DNA of 64,000 bases from Schizochytrium sp. TIO01 (lineage: Eukaryota > Protista > Bigyra: Labyrinthulomycetes). This document shows positions 41,787-51,859 of the stretch, piece after piece. The stretch lies in NCBI GenBank assembly GCA_004764695.1, contig SMSO01000032.1:3628483-3692482 (forward strand), read 5' to 3'. A program made the position numbers and the translations under genes. Every line of letters begins with the position of its first letter. The stretch's first letter is position 1. Under the pieces are notes generated by a model that searched no databases, was not told where the DNA came from, and saw only the letters and a program-made list of their open reading frames with translations.

Positions 41787-44700
41787 CTAACCTAGGATTG
41801 TGGTTTGGGAAACCTTGGTAGGGGTCGGTGATTTAAGCTGCTTCTGACGTGCCAATCGTCGTTGCTCTCTCTTCTTATTCTGCCAATGCAAGAGACGTTC
41901 CATGTGTGCCTTCACCTTAACTAACTGGGCCGCATAATCCTCACTGTTGTGGTTGAAACGCTCCAGCAAGTCAAGCAACTGTCGGAAGTCACTTTCAGAC
42001 TCCTCCATTAGGCCAATTACCAGACTCAACTGACGCTCCTTCTCGATGAATGCTAAACGCAAGTCATGGTTACCTGCCTTAAGCGCATCAATTTGCTTCG
42101 AGGCAGATTGACGAAGTTCTTCAATCAGACTTGTACTCGTTCGAGACTCAGAGGTTCCAGGTGTTGTAAATAACCCACGGCGCGTTGCAATCGGTGTCTC
42201 GAAGGCTGCAAAGGGACTTGCGATAACATTCATATTGGTGTTAACAGAGTTCTGTCCAAGTTCGTTGCGTTCGTTTTCGTAACGACGTATGCTTTCTTTG
42301 ACAGTACTCAAGGAAGTGCCACTCGAGAAAGGAATAGTCTTCCCTTCTTCCTCCAGGCGGTCAAGACCCTCTTGAGCAAGGTCCTCCGCAATCCTCAACT
42401 CGCTCTTGAGAGCTCGATTTTCCTGGACAAGGGCATCAAATTCGCCTTGTAAGACCTCGTGCGCTTCCTGCAAAGTTTGAAGTTCCTTTCCACTATCTGA
42501 AGGGTGTTTGCTCTTGGGCGTTGAAGGTCTACTTTTGCTACCCCTCCTGTCGATACTATCGTCTTGGTTTCGGCGTGAGGAAGGGGTTGTCAGCAAATTT
42601 GCTTCTACACTGGCAAGGCGCGCTTGAAATTGTGCAAGGTCAGCTTGAGCCTTTGCCTCCGCACGACGGGCGGCCTTTATTTTATCATTACAAGCTTCAA
42701 TCTCGCGTTCTTTTTGAGACAGAAGTTTGCTGATCTCTGATGTTTCTTGCTGATATTCCATCATCTGAATATCTTTCTCTTGTAAAACGCGTTCCAAGTG
42801 GTCTAGTTTAGATTCCAGTTTCTGGATTGACCGCGCATGCAATGAACTCTTACGCAAACTTGATGTTACCCTAACGTCTTCGCCTGAAGGTTGTTTTCGA
42901 GCTTCATGAAGTTGCTTCCGAAGAACCTGGTTTTCTGACTCAAGAGCTTGAACACGCTCCTGCAGGAATTCAACAGAGGTTTGAAGCCTCGAGTTGCTCT
43001 CATTGAGCTGATCAACATTTGCAGAGTACGCACGGTCAGGTTCCTCCTTAGACATTCTTTTGGTGGCATTGTCAAGAAGATTAACCAATTCGACAACACC
43101 AAGATGCGGCGACGCTGCACCATGCCCAACAATATAGTCTAATGCACGGCATATTGCCATGGAGGCCAAGTCTACCTCCTGCCGAGCTACTTTTGCCTCA
43201 TCGGAGTTTTGCATAGATTTAACGCGAGCCAATTCAAATTGAAGCTGCTGTCTTGCATCAGTAGCAATCGCCTTTTCACTATTGGCACTGTCAAAGCGCT
43301 TCTGCAACTCAGCTTGTGTTTTCTTAAAATCCTCTTGAGTTTGCTCAGCCTGAGCAAGTAGAGCTTTCAGCTTGACAATCTCCTTATCCCTATCTGCAAG
43401 GGCATTCTGAAGTTCATTCATGGAGTCTTTCAACTGCGAAAACTCAGCAGAGCCATTGCCAGAATGTTGAATAAAACTTGTTAGTGATTTACACTCCGCT
43501 GCATGCCGTGTGGCCTGCGCTTCTGCAGCGTCGATTTGGGCTTGATAGCGCTTGGCCGCAGCCTTGTGCTTTCGTCCAGCACGATCGATCGCGATTCGGT
43601 GAGCTCGGCAGGCTTGACGATGCAAAATAGCCATACAGGTTCCGAGCGCAGTTTGCCGGCGCGAACGACTCAAAGCACGGTGAAGTTTTTCGTTTTCCAT
43701 TTTCAAGCGATTCAATGTTGTTTTCGCCTCTCCAAGAGCATCGGTGGCTGCATTGTAATCCGACTCGAGACGGGCAATTCGTTTTTGAGACCATTCCACA
43801 GAGTACGTTTCGGTTCCTTTTTGATCAATCTCTCCATGTCCAGTGAGATCACGTTCCATGGCAACAAGATCAGTATAACGCCTGCGCAATTCATCTTTCT
43901 GTTTTTCAACGTCCTTATGTGTTGATTCGGCTTGTTCTCGTGCGACTAATTCGCTTTGTCTACTTGCATCTAGACTTTCTTGTAGGCGTTCCTGGGTTTG
44001 AAGTGACTCTGCCAAAGCATTTCGCAACGATTTCACTTCTTCATCTAAGGCGGTTTTCTCTTTGCTCATAGACTGGAAGCATTCTTTCGACTGGCCCAGG
44101 CTCTGCTCCAAACCTTCAACCTTTAATTTTGTTCGGTCAAGCTCAGCTTGGGCCAATATACTACGTCTTTCATGCTCTGAGATCAAGCTGGCGTGCTTCT
44201 CCTCAGCTCCATTCAATGTCTCATTTACATCAACTAGTTTCTCCTCAAGCTTATCCCGCTCTCCGGTAACGGCCTTTAGCTCATCACTCATTTCGTTAAG
44301 TTTGATTTGGAGTTCATCCTTCTCACCACGCAAAGCATCCCGCTCGGACCTCAGCGTGGTTAAGTCTTTGGTTAGAGTTAAAACGTTCGCGTCAGAATCC
44401 AACGTGGCCTTTTCGTGGCGTTGTAATAGCTCAAGATTCGTGGCATCTTTTGTTCGCACCTTTTCTTTAAAGGACTCGTTCTCAGTTCGTAGGTTTTCTA
44501 GATCTGAGAGAGCTGTCTGCAGCTTGCTATTAGCATGCTGTTGTTGCTCCTTGTTCAACGTCTCTAGGTCATTAACTTGATTTTGCAAGAACAGAGTTGC
44601 CTTTTCAAGCTCAGATATCTTCAACTTCTCTTCTTGGTCAATTTTACGAAGAATGTCACATTCTCGAGACAACTTTTCATAGTCTTCAACCTGAGCTTGG

Positions 44701-47700
44701 AGATTTTTCAATTGGTTTCGTAAAGAATCACAGGAACTTTGAAGGCTCTCGAGTTCATCTTCCTTCTCCTCATTTGCGGTTCGCAAGTCTTGATTCTCTT
44801 TTTCAATTTTCGAAAGGGTAATTTGCAGATCCGTTGCATCTCCTGTAGCTTTTTTAATTTGTGATAAATGAATTGCAATTTGAGAATCTTTCTCCTTGAT
44901 CTCGTCTTCTAATTCTGTAACCCTTGTATTGCGTATCTCTAGAGTGTCTTCAAGTTCGCGGGTCCTCTCCGCGTTTGCTTCAGCATCTTCCGCTCGGGTT
45001 TGCAAGTCTTGCTTTTCATTTTCCACGGCGCTCACCACAGTGCGAAGTTGCTCCAGTTCCGCCTCAAGAGAGGTCATTCGTTCTAGAAAAGTTTCCTTTT
45101 CTGCGATTTTTCTATTTAGCTTTGTCTGTTGCTCTTCAGCAGTTTGCAGTTGCATCTTGAGGGTGTCCACCTGCCTTTGCAAGTCTGCTTTGGCAGATGA
45201 ATCTGACGTTTGGCTTTCGCGCAAAACTAGAATACTTGATTTCGCCTCTTGAAGTTGCTTATCGAGCAAAGCGTTTGCATTATCAAGTGCCTCAATTTTC
45301 ACCTTTAAGTCGGAAACAGTGGATTCAAGATTCACTCCTTTTTCAATGAGCGCTTGTTTCTCTTGTTGAAGCGTTTCGATACGGTTTATTGAGGACTCCG
45401 TCTCTGCAGCCAAGTGCTCCATCTTATCCTGCATTCCGGATATCTCCTCGTTGGAATTGGAAAGAGAGATATTCATCATATGGAGGTCTTCACGTCGTTT
45501 TGCATCAACCTCGCCAGCTTGATTCAGTTTTTCTCGGAGCATAGTCAAACTCTGCACAATGTCCTTAGTGTAATTTTGACCATTACTAGGCGTTGTGGGA
45601 CGCTTGTTCACTTGGTTCTCTATAGGGTTAGTCTGAGTGCCAGACTCCTCAGCAGCTAGGGATGTAACTGTTGAGAAAATAGGCCCTAACAATTCACTTG
45701 CCTCTTGGCACATTCGGCTCATCTCAGCTTCCAGGGAATCCGCTTTGGATGATTGCATTTTAAGTTCATTTGATTTTGTTTGCAGTGCACTATCGAGACC
45801 TTGGCTGTGTACCTGTGCTTTCCCCAGCTCATCCTGGCGCTGCGTAAGAGCGAACTCTAGGTCAGCAATTTTAGCTTGAAACTGCTTGGAAGCTTCTGTG
45901 CTACTGTTCTTTTCTCTCTGCAAATCATTCTCCAGATGAGAAATTCGCGTCTGAAGCTCTTGCGTTATCTGGCGCTCTTGATTACTACTCGCTGTTTGGG
46001 CGGATTGAAGTTCCTTAGCTTCATGCATGGCGGTCAGTGTGGCCTCATTTGCTGCTTTAAGTTGTTGTTCAAGAGCTGAAATACGAGCATTGCTTTCCTC
46101 AAGTGACCGGTTAAACTCGGATTCGCGGGCTGACAGAGTGTGCTTAGCCTCCTCGAGTTCAAAGCGCAGGTCGTCAAGTTCGTCAACGTCTTCTAAGAGA
46201 GGTGAAGAAACGTTTAAGAGTTCGTGAGGTGACCGGCTAAGAAAAGCTTGCAACTTTTCCCGTGCATTGAGTAAATACGCTTTAGCCGCAGCAACCTTTT
46301 CATCGCGCTGAATGAGCTCAGTTTCGAGAGCATCAACGTCAATCTGCGATACCACGGAAAGACCTAGAATGTCTGGAAGAGCTTTTGATTCGTCTTGAAA
46401 ACGGACGGTGGGTTGCAGACGCGCAGCAGTGTATGGTGCTGGCGGTACTGCAATACTAAGCGACCGAGGACGTTGGGCACGAGTGGCAGTTTGCGGAATA
46501 AGTGACCTGCGTCGGTCAAAACGTGGGGTTTGCAGAGACCGTGCAAGGTTATTATGTAATTTGCGCTCCAGCTCTTCGACTTTGTCCTGCAGACTTTGCT
46601 TCTCTGTGAGATTCAATGCAAGTTCACGTTGTAAGGTACCCACTTGTGCACGAAAGGCTTGAAGAATACGGTCACCAGTTTCAACTTGATTCAACTTGGC
46701 ATGCGTCTTAACTTTGCTGGCTCGGTGCGCAAATTGCAAGGTCGATCGTGTTTCATCGTGGTGAAGAATAGATGGCGAAACGCAGCAGATCATAGCTGTA
46801 TAAGAATTTCCACCAAGTGCAGACGTAAGAAGTCGCGTAAGTTTGCTGGAGCGAAAAGGGATGTGGGAGGAACCAGCATTAATAGCTGAGATGACATTTC
46901 CAAGCGCTGCAAGACTCTTATTGATGAAACCAGCCTCTTTGAGACGTTCTCCACTCGCACGGGTTTTGGACACCCGCTCGCTACCCGCTAGATCAATGAT
47001 ATTGAGAGTCGAGGTCGCCAAAGGTTTTTCATAAGTGTCCGCCCAGCGCCGTAAAGCGCCTTCTGCAGAGGAATCAAGATGATTTTCGTCACCCTGCGTG
47101 TCTCCATTCAGGTGTTGCTCCAGTGAATAAGAGGCGCCTATAGTCATGGCATCCTCGAGGCGTGGTCGACTTTCTACGCGAATCTGAAATATGGAGTGCG
47201 AGCGGCTACTTGATTCTGAGATATGGGTCACTCCAACTTTGCGAGATTCTTGGCCCCTGCTCACCAGTTCAAGAGCTTGCTCAGCAGAGTTAATGGCGAT
47301 CTCCGTGAGCCCTCTGACAATTGGTCCTCTCTGAGGATCTTCTGCGATACTGAGATGGTGTTTGGCAGGGTCCAAGAGATCCCTGACAACCTCTTGGTAG
47401 ATTTCGCAGTAGGAAGCGTGCAGCGAAAATCTGTACGCCTTGTCAAAGCCGTCCTTGTGCACAAGCGAAAACAGATCCTCTAGAGCAAGTTGAAGGATTC
47501 CTTTTTCCTGTTTAGACCCCGTGATCGTGTGCGTTTTCCCACTCGTGGTCTGCCCATAAGCAAGTACTGTGGCGTTATAACCCTCCACAACGCGTTCAAC
47601 CATTCCTGCCACCTGGTCCACATACACCTCTACCGTCTGTTCGTCAGGCGCAAAAACCCTATCAAAGGCAAACTTTGATTTCCTTCCATCTGGCAGATGT

Positions 47701-48065
47701 GCCAGTTCTTTGTCACTCAGGCTTGTAAAGTCAATCTCCTCAGATTCCATCTGCTGCATGTCCCACCTCCACGAGACTTTCTCGGACATTTCCTTTTCCA
47801 CATCCACAAGCGGCCGAACTCTCACACCCACAAGGACTCTGTCTAGTTCCTGTTCTCCCTGATCATCTAATGTGTTCTCATTTCCATTTGCAACCATGTT
47901 TCCACCAGATGCTCCAGCTCCATTTCCACGATCCCGCATATTCGAACCTGTACTAGATCCTGGTCCTGGCCGTCTCCACGCTGCTGCGGGCGTCATTGGT
48001 GCATTTTCTTTGGCATCATATAGTGGTGGCGACCTTGGCACCGCCATCGTGTTGCTTTGTGCCAT
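41787..48065 (-). CDS. Kinesin-7/CENP-E-like motor with long coiled coil
   Basis: Motifs VGVRVRPL, FAFDRVF, GYNATVLAYGQTTSGKTHT, SSRSHSIFQIRVES, DLAGSER...GERLKEAGFINKSL and HIPFRSSKLTRLL. There is an N-terminal KEN box and many S/T-P sites. The ATG is at 48065. The subfamily call is by motif resemblance. Confidence 0.88.
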   Translation of the reverse strand: MAQSNTMAVPRSPPLYDAKENAPMTPAAAWRRPGPGSSTGSNMRDRGNGAGASGGNMVANGNENTLDDQGEQELDRVLVGVRVRPLVDVEKEMSEKVSWRWDMQQMESEEIDFTSLSDKELAHLPDGRKSKFAFDRVFAPDEQTVEVYVDQVAGMVERVVEGYNATVLAYGQTTSGKTHTITGSKQEKGILQLALEDLFSLVHKDGFDKAYRFSLHASYCEIYQEVVRDLLDPAKHHLSIAEDPQRGPIVRGLTEIAINSAEQALELVSRGQESRKVGVTHISESSSRSHSIFQIRVESRPRLEDAMTIGASYSLEQHLNGDTQGDENHLDSSAEGALRRWADTYEKPLATSTLNIIDLAGSERVSKTRASGERLKEAGFINKSLAALGNVISAINAGSSHIPFRSSKLTRLLTSALGGNSYTAMICCVSPSILHHDETRSTLQFAHRASKVKTHAKLNQVETGDRILQAFRAQVGTLQRELALNLTEKQSLQDKVEELERKLHNNLARSLQTPRFDRRRSLIPQTATRAQRPRSLSIAVPPAPYTAARLQPTVRFQDESKALPDILGLSVVSQIDVDALETELIQRDEKVAAAKAYLLNAREKLQAFLSRSPHELLNVSSPLLEDVDELDDLRFELEEAKHTLSARESEFNRSLEESNARISALEQQLKAANEATLTAMHEAKELQSAQTASSNQERQITQELQTRISHLENDLQREKNSSTEASKQFQAKIADLEFALTQRQDELGKAQVHSQGLDSALQTKSNELKMQSSKADSLEAEMSRMCQEASELLGPIFSTVTSLAAEESGTQTNPIENQVNKRPTTPSNGQNYTKDIVQSLTMLREKLNQAGEVDAKRREDLHMMNISLSNSNEEISGMQDKMEHLAAETESSINRIETLQQEKQALIEKGVNLESTVSDLKVKIEALDNANALLDKQLQEAKSSILVLRESQTSDSSAKADLQRQVDTLKMQLQTAEEQQTKLNRKIAEKETFLERMTSLEAELEQLRTVVSAVENEKQDLQTRAEDAEANAERTRELEDTLEIRNTRVTELEDEIKEKDSQIAIHLSQIKKATGDATDLQITLSKIEKENQDLRTANEEKEDELESLQSSCDSLRNQLKNLQAQVEDYEKLSRECDILRKIDQEEKLKISELEKATLFLQNQVNDLETLNKEQQQHANSKLQTALSDLENLRTENESFKEKVRTKDATNLELLQRHEKATLDSDANVLTLTKDLTTLRSERDALRGEKDELQIKLNEMSDELKAVTGERDKLEEKLVDVNETLNGAEEKHASLISEHERRSILAQAELDRTKLKVEGLEQSLGQSKECFQSMSKEKTALDEEVKSLRNALAESLQTQERLQESLDASRQSELVAREQAESTHKDVEKQKDELRRRYTDLVAMERDLTGHGEIDQKGTETYSVEWSQKRIARLESDYNAATDALGEAKTTLNRLKMENEKLHRALSRSRRQTALGTCMAILHRQACRAHRIAIDRAGRKHKAAAKRYQAQIDAAEAQATRHAAECKSLTSFIQHSGNGSAEFSQLKDSMNELQNALADRDKEIVKLKALLAQAEQTQEDFKKTQAELQKRFDSANSEKAIATDARQQLQFELARVKSMQNSDEAKVARQEVDLASMAICRALDYIVGHGAASPHLGVVELVNLLDNATKRMSKEEPDRAYSANVDQLNESNSRLQTSVEFLQERVQALESENQVLRKQLHEARKQPSGEDVRVTSSLRKSSLHARSIQKLESKLDHLERVLQEKDIQMMEYQQETSEISKLLSQKEREIEACNDKIKAARRAEAKAQADLAQFQARLASVEANLLTTPSSRRNQDDSIDRRGSKSRPSTPKSKHPSDSGKELQTLQEAHEVLQGEFDALVQENRALKSELRIAEDLAQEGLDRLEEEGKTIPFSSGTSLSTVKESIRRYENERNELGQNSVNTNMNVIASPFAAFETPIATRRGLFTTPGTSESRTSTSLIEELRQSASKQIDALKAGNHDLRLAFIEKERQLSLVIGLMEESESDFRQLLDLLERFNHNSEDYAAQLVKVKAHMERLLHWQNKKREQRRLARQKQLKSPTPTKVSQTTILG

Positions 48066-49238
48066 TACCACGCTTGTCTTCCTCTTCTGGGTCGTTTTGG
48101 TCGCCGTTTAACTTGTTGCTAATGACGTGCTGCTAATAGCAATGATGGTGTTGGCGATGGTGCTTGCGCTTGCAACGACGCCGTTGTTGCCCCTTACCAA
48201 ACCACCAAAAGGTTGCTACCTCTACCCTGAGAACGTTCGCAATCCACGCCCCGCGCCCTTGGGAGGCTACTCGAAACGCCGCCGCGGCGCATCGCCACTC
48301 GGAACTGCTTTGGATTGGTGTGAGAAGGAGATAATCGACGAAATTGAACAATATATATATTTTTTCCATGGCTCATTTTCATAGCGCCAGCTTTTCATTT
48401 TTGTAGGCGCTTGAGAACTACTTTAAGTCTTGCTCTGGACATGAGAATGTGACATGCCTTCATCAGATTTCAAGTGATCCTATGTTTGAGGCTCAGATGA
48501 AGGAATGTATAAAGGACTGTGCCCATAAAACCTGTGATATATTCATTGTTTAATGTTTGGGTACAGGCGATGGAATTTGCTGTGGAGCAGTACCATTACA
48601 TTTGCACAGGAACGTATTTGCAATTTGGGCTGTGTGAGTCGAGTTGATTCAACATATAGATGATGTTCATTAAGGTATCTGAGATTATGTACGTAAGCAC
48701 CTACCAACTATTCTGGATCAGATTGATCCTCCTCAATCAACTGTTTCTAATGAACGAGAACGGTAGTTAGTTCATTAAATCGTTGCTGCTAGCGTTTAAC
48801 CAATGTAAACTGGGACAGCCAATCAAGGCAACTCAATCAGATATCATGCGCAACGAATACATGCAGAACCTAGTTGGTAATTCCTCATGCATTTATGTTT
48901 GCTCAGCGTGCTTATTCTGAGGCCCGACTTTGATTTCACTTCTATCTCTCCAAATGATTCGTTCACATGTGCATCATCCTTGATGTTACATTGAAGTCAG
49001 ACTCTACAATGGAGTATTGCTGCAGAAAGTAGTTTATACATGTATAACCTATTTCCCAGCATCCTATATCCTACTTGTACAAGTCCAGCCAACAACGGTA
49101 GTTATAAGCAGAGAGCGATAAAACGAGAGAAAGGAGAAGATAGAAGAACATGAAAAATGAGGGAGTGGTCCTGATAACAGATCCTCAATAACGTCGCACC
49201 GGCTGCTGCTACTTGGCGCTGGGGCCCACGTTGGCGTC

Positions 49239-51275
49239 ATGAGGTCACAGAGGGAGGCTCTGGACGCCCATGTGCGTCTGCACCGTCTGCACGAGCGTAG
49301 GCGTTCGCTGCGATGGAGCATGGCCGCCTCGCTTGCTCTATTGGCCGCTGCCTTGACACTCGTGCACATCGACGAAACCAATGCCGCTAGCTCTGACTCC
49401 GACCGTCTCGACGACGAATTTTCCGAGTCAGCGATAACCTCAATCACCCGCAAATTTATGCTCTTTGCACTCACGATTCGCCTTGTCTGCGGTCTGGGAC
49501 CTTCTTATGAAGGACAAAATGCCGTATTTCTGACCTGGATTTTGATTGTGTTGCGAATTATGATCTTTGTATGCGCTGTACTTGCTGTGCAGACCATGCG
49601 TAAGGGTGCTCTCGTAGTTTCTCAAGTTTACAGTTCGGGGATTTCTGGGTCAGGGTCTTCGGCGTCCTCAACTTCTTCATCTGGAAAGCCATCTTCGACG
49701 TTGAATGCGGCGCAATCAAGGTTGTTAGGACTTGGATCTGCTGCCGGGGTAATCCGAGATGCTTTCAAGGCTCGCAAAGAGCAAGCCTGGGAACATCATA
49801 ACTCCAACAGTTCTGAAGCAAAAGATGTCGATCCTGCCTTGGACAACGAAACCACTAGTAGTAACGGTTACATCAACAAAAGCAAAATCAGCGGATCCTA
49901 CATGAACCACGATGAAGCGCCCATGACACCTGAAGTACGAAGGCGTGTTTCGTATAGTAGTCCTGGGAGTGCGGCGAGCTACGGAGTTCGACGTCGCCAT
50001 GCCACACAGTTCAGGCCAAGCCCATCGTTGCAGAGCCCAGGCTACATGAACCGCCCTGCAAGTAGTGGCGCATCTCTGTATTTGGCGTCTCTAAGGTCTA
50101 CACCGGGCAAGGGATTAAACAGCCCTATGGGAACTCCTAATGGCATGAGCACGCCGTCTAGCACAACATGCCCGAACTGTGCTTCTCCCGTAGTGATGCA
50201 GTTCTCTCCATTCAAGAGCACGAGCTCAATTAGTGACATGGATGAGGCCGCATACCTGTTGCTGCAGTCTTTGCCTGTGGACTGGGATCACAGTGTTGTT
50301 TCTTCGTCAAGCGGTCGTGGGAACCAGAACGTGGCGAATGTTATCGACGACTGGACGGATAACTTGATTCGGGCACTCTCGAAATACGCCCGGGATAACA
50401 TTATCGAGCCTCTGGAAAGTAATACTCGGAGCCTGATTGAGTTGAACAACCAAGTATTCTCGCGCAGTGTCTTGGACCAAAGTTTGGAAGCTCCTATTTT
50501 GCCGTTTGGGACATCTGGACAACAGCCGACAGCACTGGGCGCTGGCGGCATGAATGGAATGGGCCAACTTGACTTGCCATTGCAGCAGCACCAGCAACAA
50601 CTGATGATGGTGCAGCAGCAGCAGCAACCGCTGGAACTTGCTCGTCAGCGTAGTATCCAATATTACAGCAACTTAGTTCAGCAGCAGCCGAATAATCAGC
50701 AAGTTTTGTACCAAGCGCAACAAGACATGAATTCGATCAACCGTCTCCTCGATGAACGCCTCCGCCTTGAAAAATCCTTGACGGTGGTGGCCAACCCACT
50801 CTTGCTAGCGGGTCAGGGCGCATACAACAAAGCAACTGTTCTTGCCCATCTGAAGTCCTTGTTCGGTAGCCCTGATCGTCTCAGCAAGTACCAATGGGAC
50901 GCGGTAGCTCCGCCATGTGATGCAGATATTCTTATTCATATTGCTTGTGATTGGTTAAAACGGTCCATGCACCTCGGGGACAATCGTCCGATGTTCTTTG
51001 CAAACCCGCAACGTGATATGCCAGTGCCTGAACCGGGTTTCTTTGCAGCTCAGAAGTGGTGGGGTCTCGAACGCACAACAGTGCCCGCACCTGATGGGCA
51101 CAGTGTTCCGCACTTCCAGCTCTATTTCCATGGCTGCTTATGGCAAGTCCGTTCAGGTCGCCAAAACGCCTTACAAGCTATTGCCTTGCTTATTTATGGC
51201 ATGAAGGTGCGTCGCTCGCCTGACATTGAAAAAGTTGAATGGGTTATTGGAGGTCAATCCTTCTCAGCAATTTAG
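49239..51275 (+). CDS. TMEM209: TMEM209/PNET1-like nuclear-envelope transmembrane protein
   Basis: N-terminal TM helices, an S/P-rich middle and a C-terminal domain with WTDNL...IIEPL, KYQWD...PCDADILIH and PHFQL...GRQNALQAIALL. These resemble the TMEM209 motifs DSAIIMH, PHYEL and GRNN. Confidence 0.75.
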   Translation: MRSQREALDAHVRLHRLHERRRSLRWSMAASLALLAAALTLVHIDETNAASSDSDRLDDEFSESAITSITRKFMLFALTIRLVCGLGPSYEGQNAVFLTWILIVLRIMIFVCAVLAVQTMRKGALVVSQVYSSGISGSGSSASSTSSSGKPSSTLNAAQSRLLGLGSAAGVIRDAFKARKEQAWEHHNSNSSEAKDVDPALDNETTSSNGYINKSKISGSYMNHDEAPMTPEVRRRVSYSSPGSAASYGVRRRHATQFRPSPSLQSPGYMNRPASSGASLYLASLRSTPGKGLNSPMGTPNGMSTPSSTTCPNCASPVVMQFSPFKSTSSISDMDEAAYLLLQSLPVDWDHSVVSSSSGRGNQNVANVIDDWTDNLIRALSKYARDNIIEPLESNTRSLIELNNQVFSRSVLDQSLEAPILPFGTSGQQPTALGAGGMNGMGQLDLPLQQHQQQLMMVQQQQQPLELARQRSIQYYSNLVQQQPNNQQVLYQAQQDMNSINRLLDERLRLEKSLTVVANPLLLAGQGAYNKATVLAHLKSLFGSPDRLSKYQWDAVAPPCDADILIHIACDWLKRSMHLGDNRPMFFANPQRDMPVPEPGFFAAQKWWGLERTTVPAPDGHSVPHFQLYFHGCLWQVRSGRQNALQAIALLIYGMKVRRSPDIEKVEWVIGGQSFSAI

Positions 51276-51859
51276 GCGCGCGTCTGCTGTGTACACCGTA
51301 TGATAAGAAGACGGCGTGTCTTCCTCTATTTCAAGTTCTTTGATGATCTATCTGCTTTGGGTATTGGCTTGATTTGTCTCGATGATCAATTCTATTGCGC
51401 GAGTTATCTTTAATGCCATCTAAGTTCTCATACAACACAAACTTTGGAATTTAAAACACACGAAGGTAATCAAAAAGAAAAAGAAGAGAAGAGATAGAGA
51501 ACAAGATGAGGATGAATGACTAGACTTAAAGAAACAATTAGATCTACTACCACTTCAGTTACTAGTTCATATATTTACCACCACTGTGCTCAAATTGATG
51601 ACCTTCTTTTTTTCATATTTTCCGTTGTACAAAATTTTAGATTAACCCAGATCTTGACAAGTCCCATTCAGGAAGCTGGGACAACTAATAAGCAAGTTTA
51701 TTTGGTGTTCAGCTGTTGTTTCCGTGCCTGCTTTCTTTCAATTGACTCAGCAGGGCTGAAAAGAAGAAAAGCGATATTGACTATGTAATACTATTGTATA
51801 AAAAATTGAGAAGGAATTAAATGAAATACAGTAAATTTGGGACGACTGAGGAAAGAGCT

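Noticed and set aside
30363-47678. Many antisense ORFs inside the two kinesin genes and other long CDSs
   Set aside because: They are shadow ORFs caused by the codon bias of the coiled-coil coding strand (Ser/Leu/Cys/Phe-rich mirror translations).
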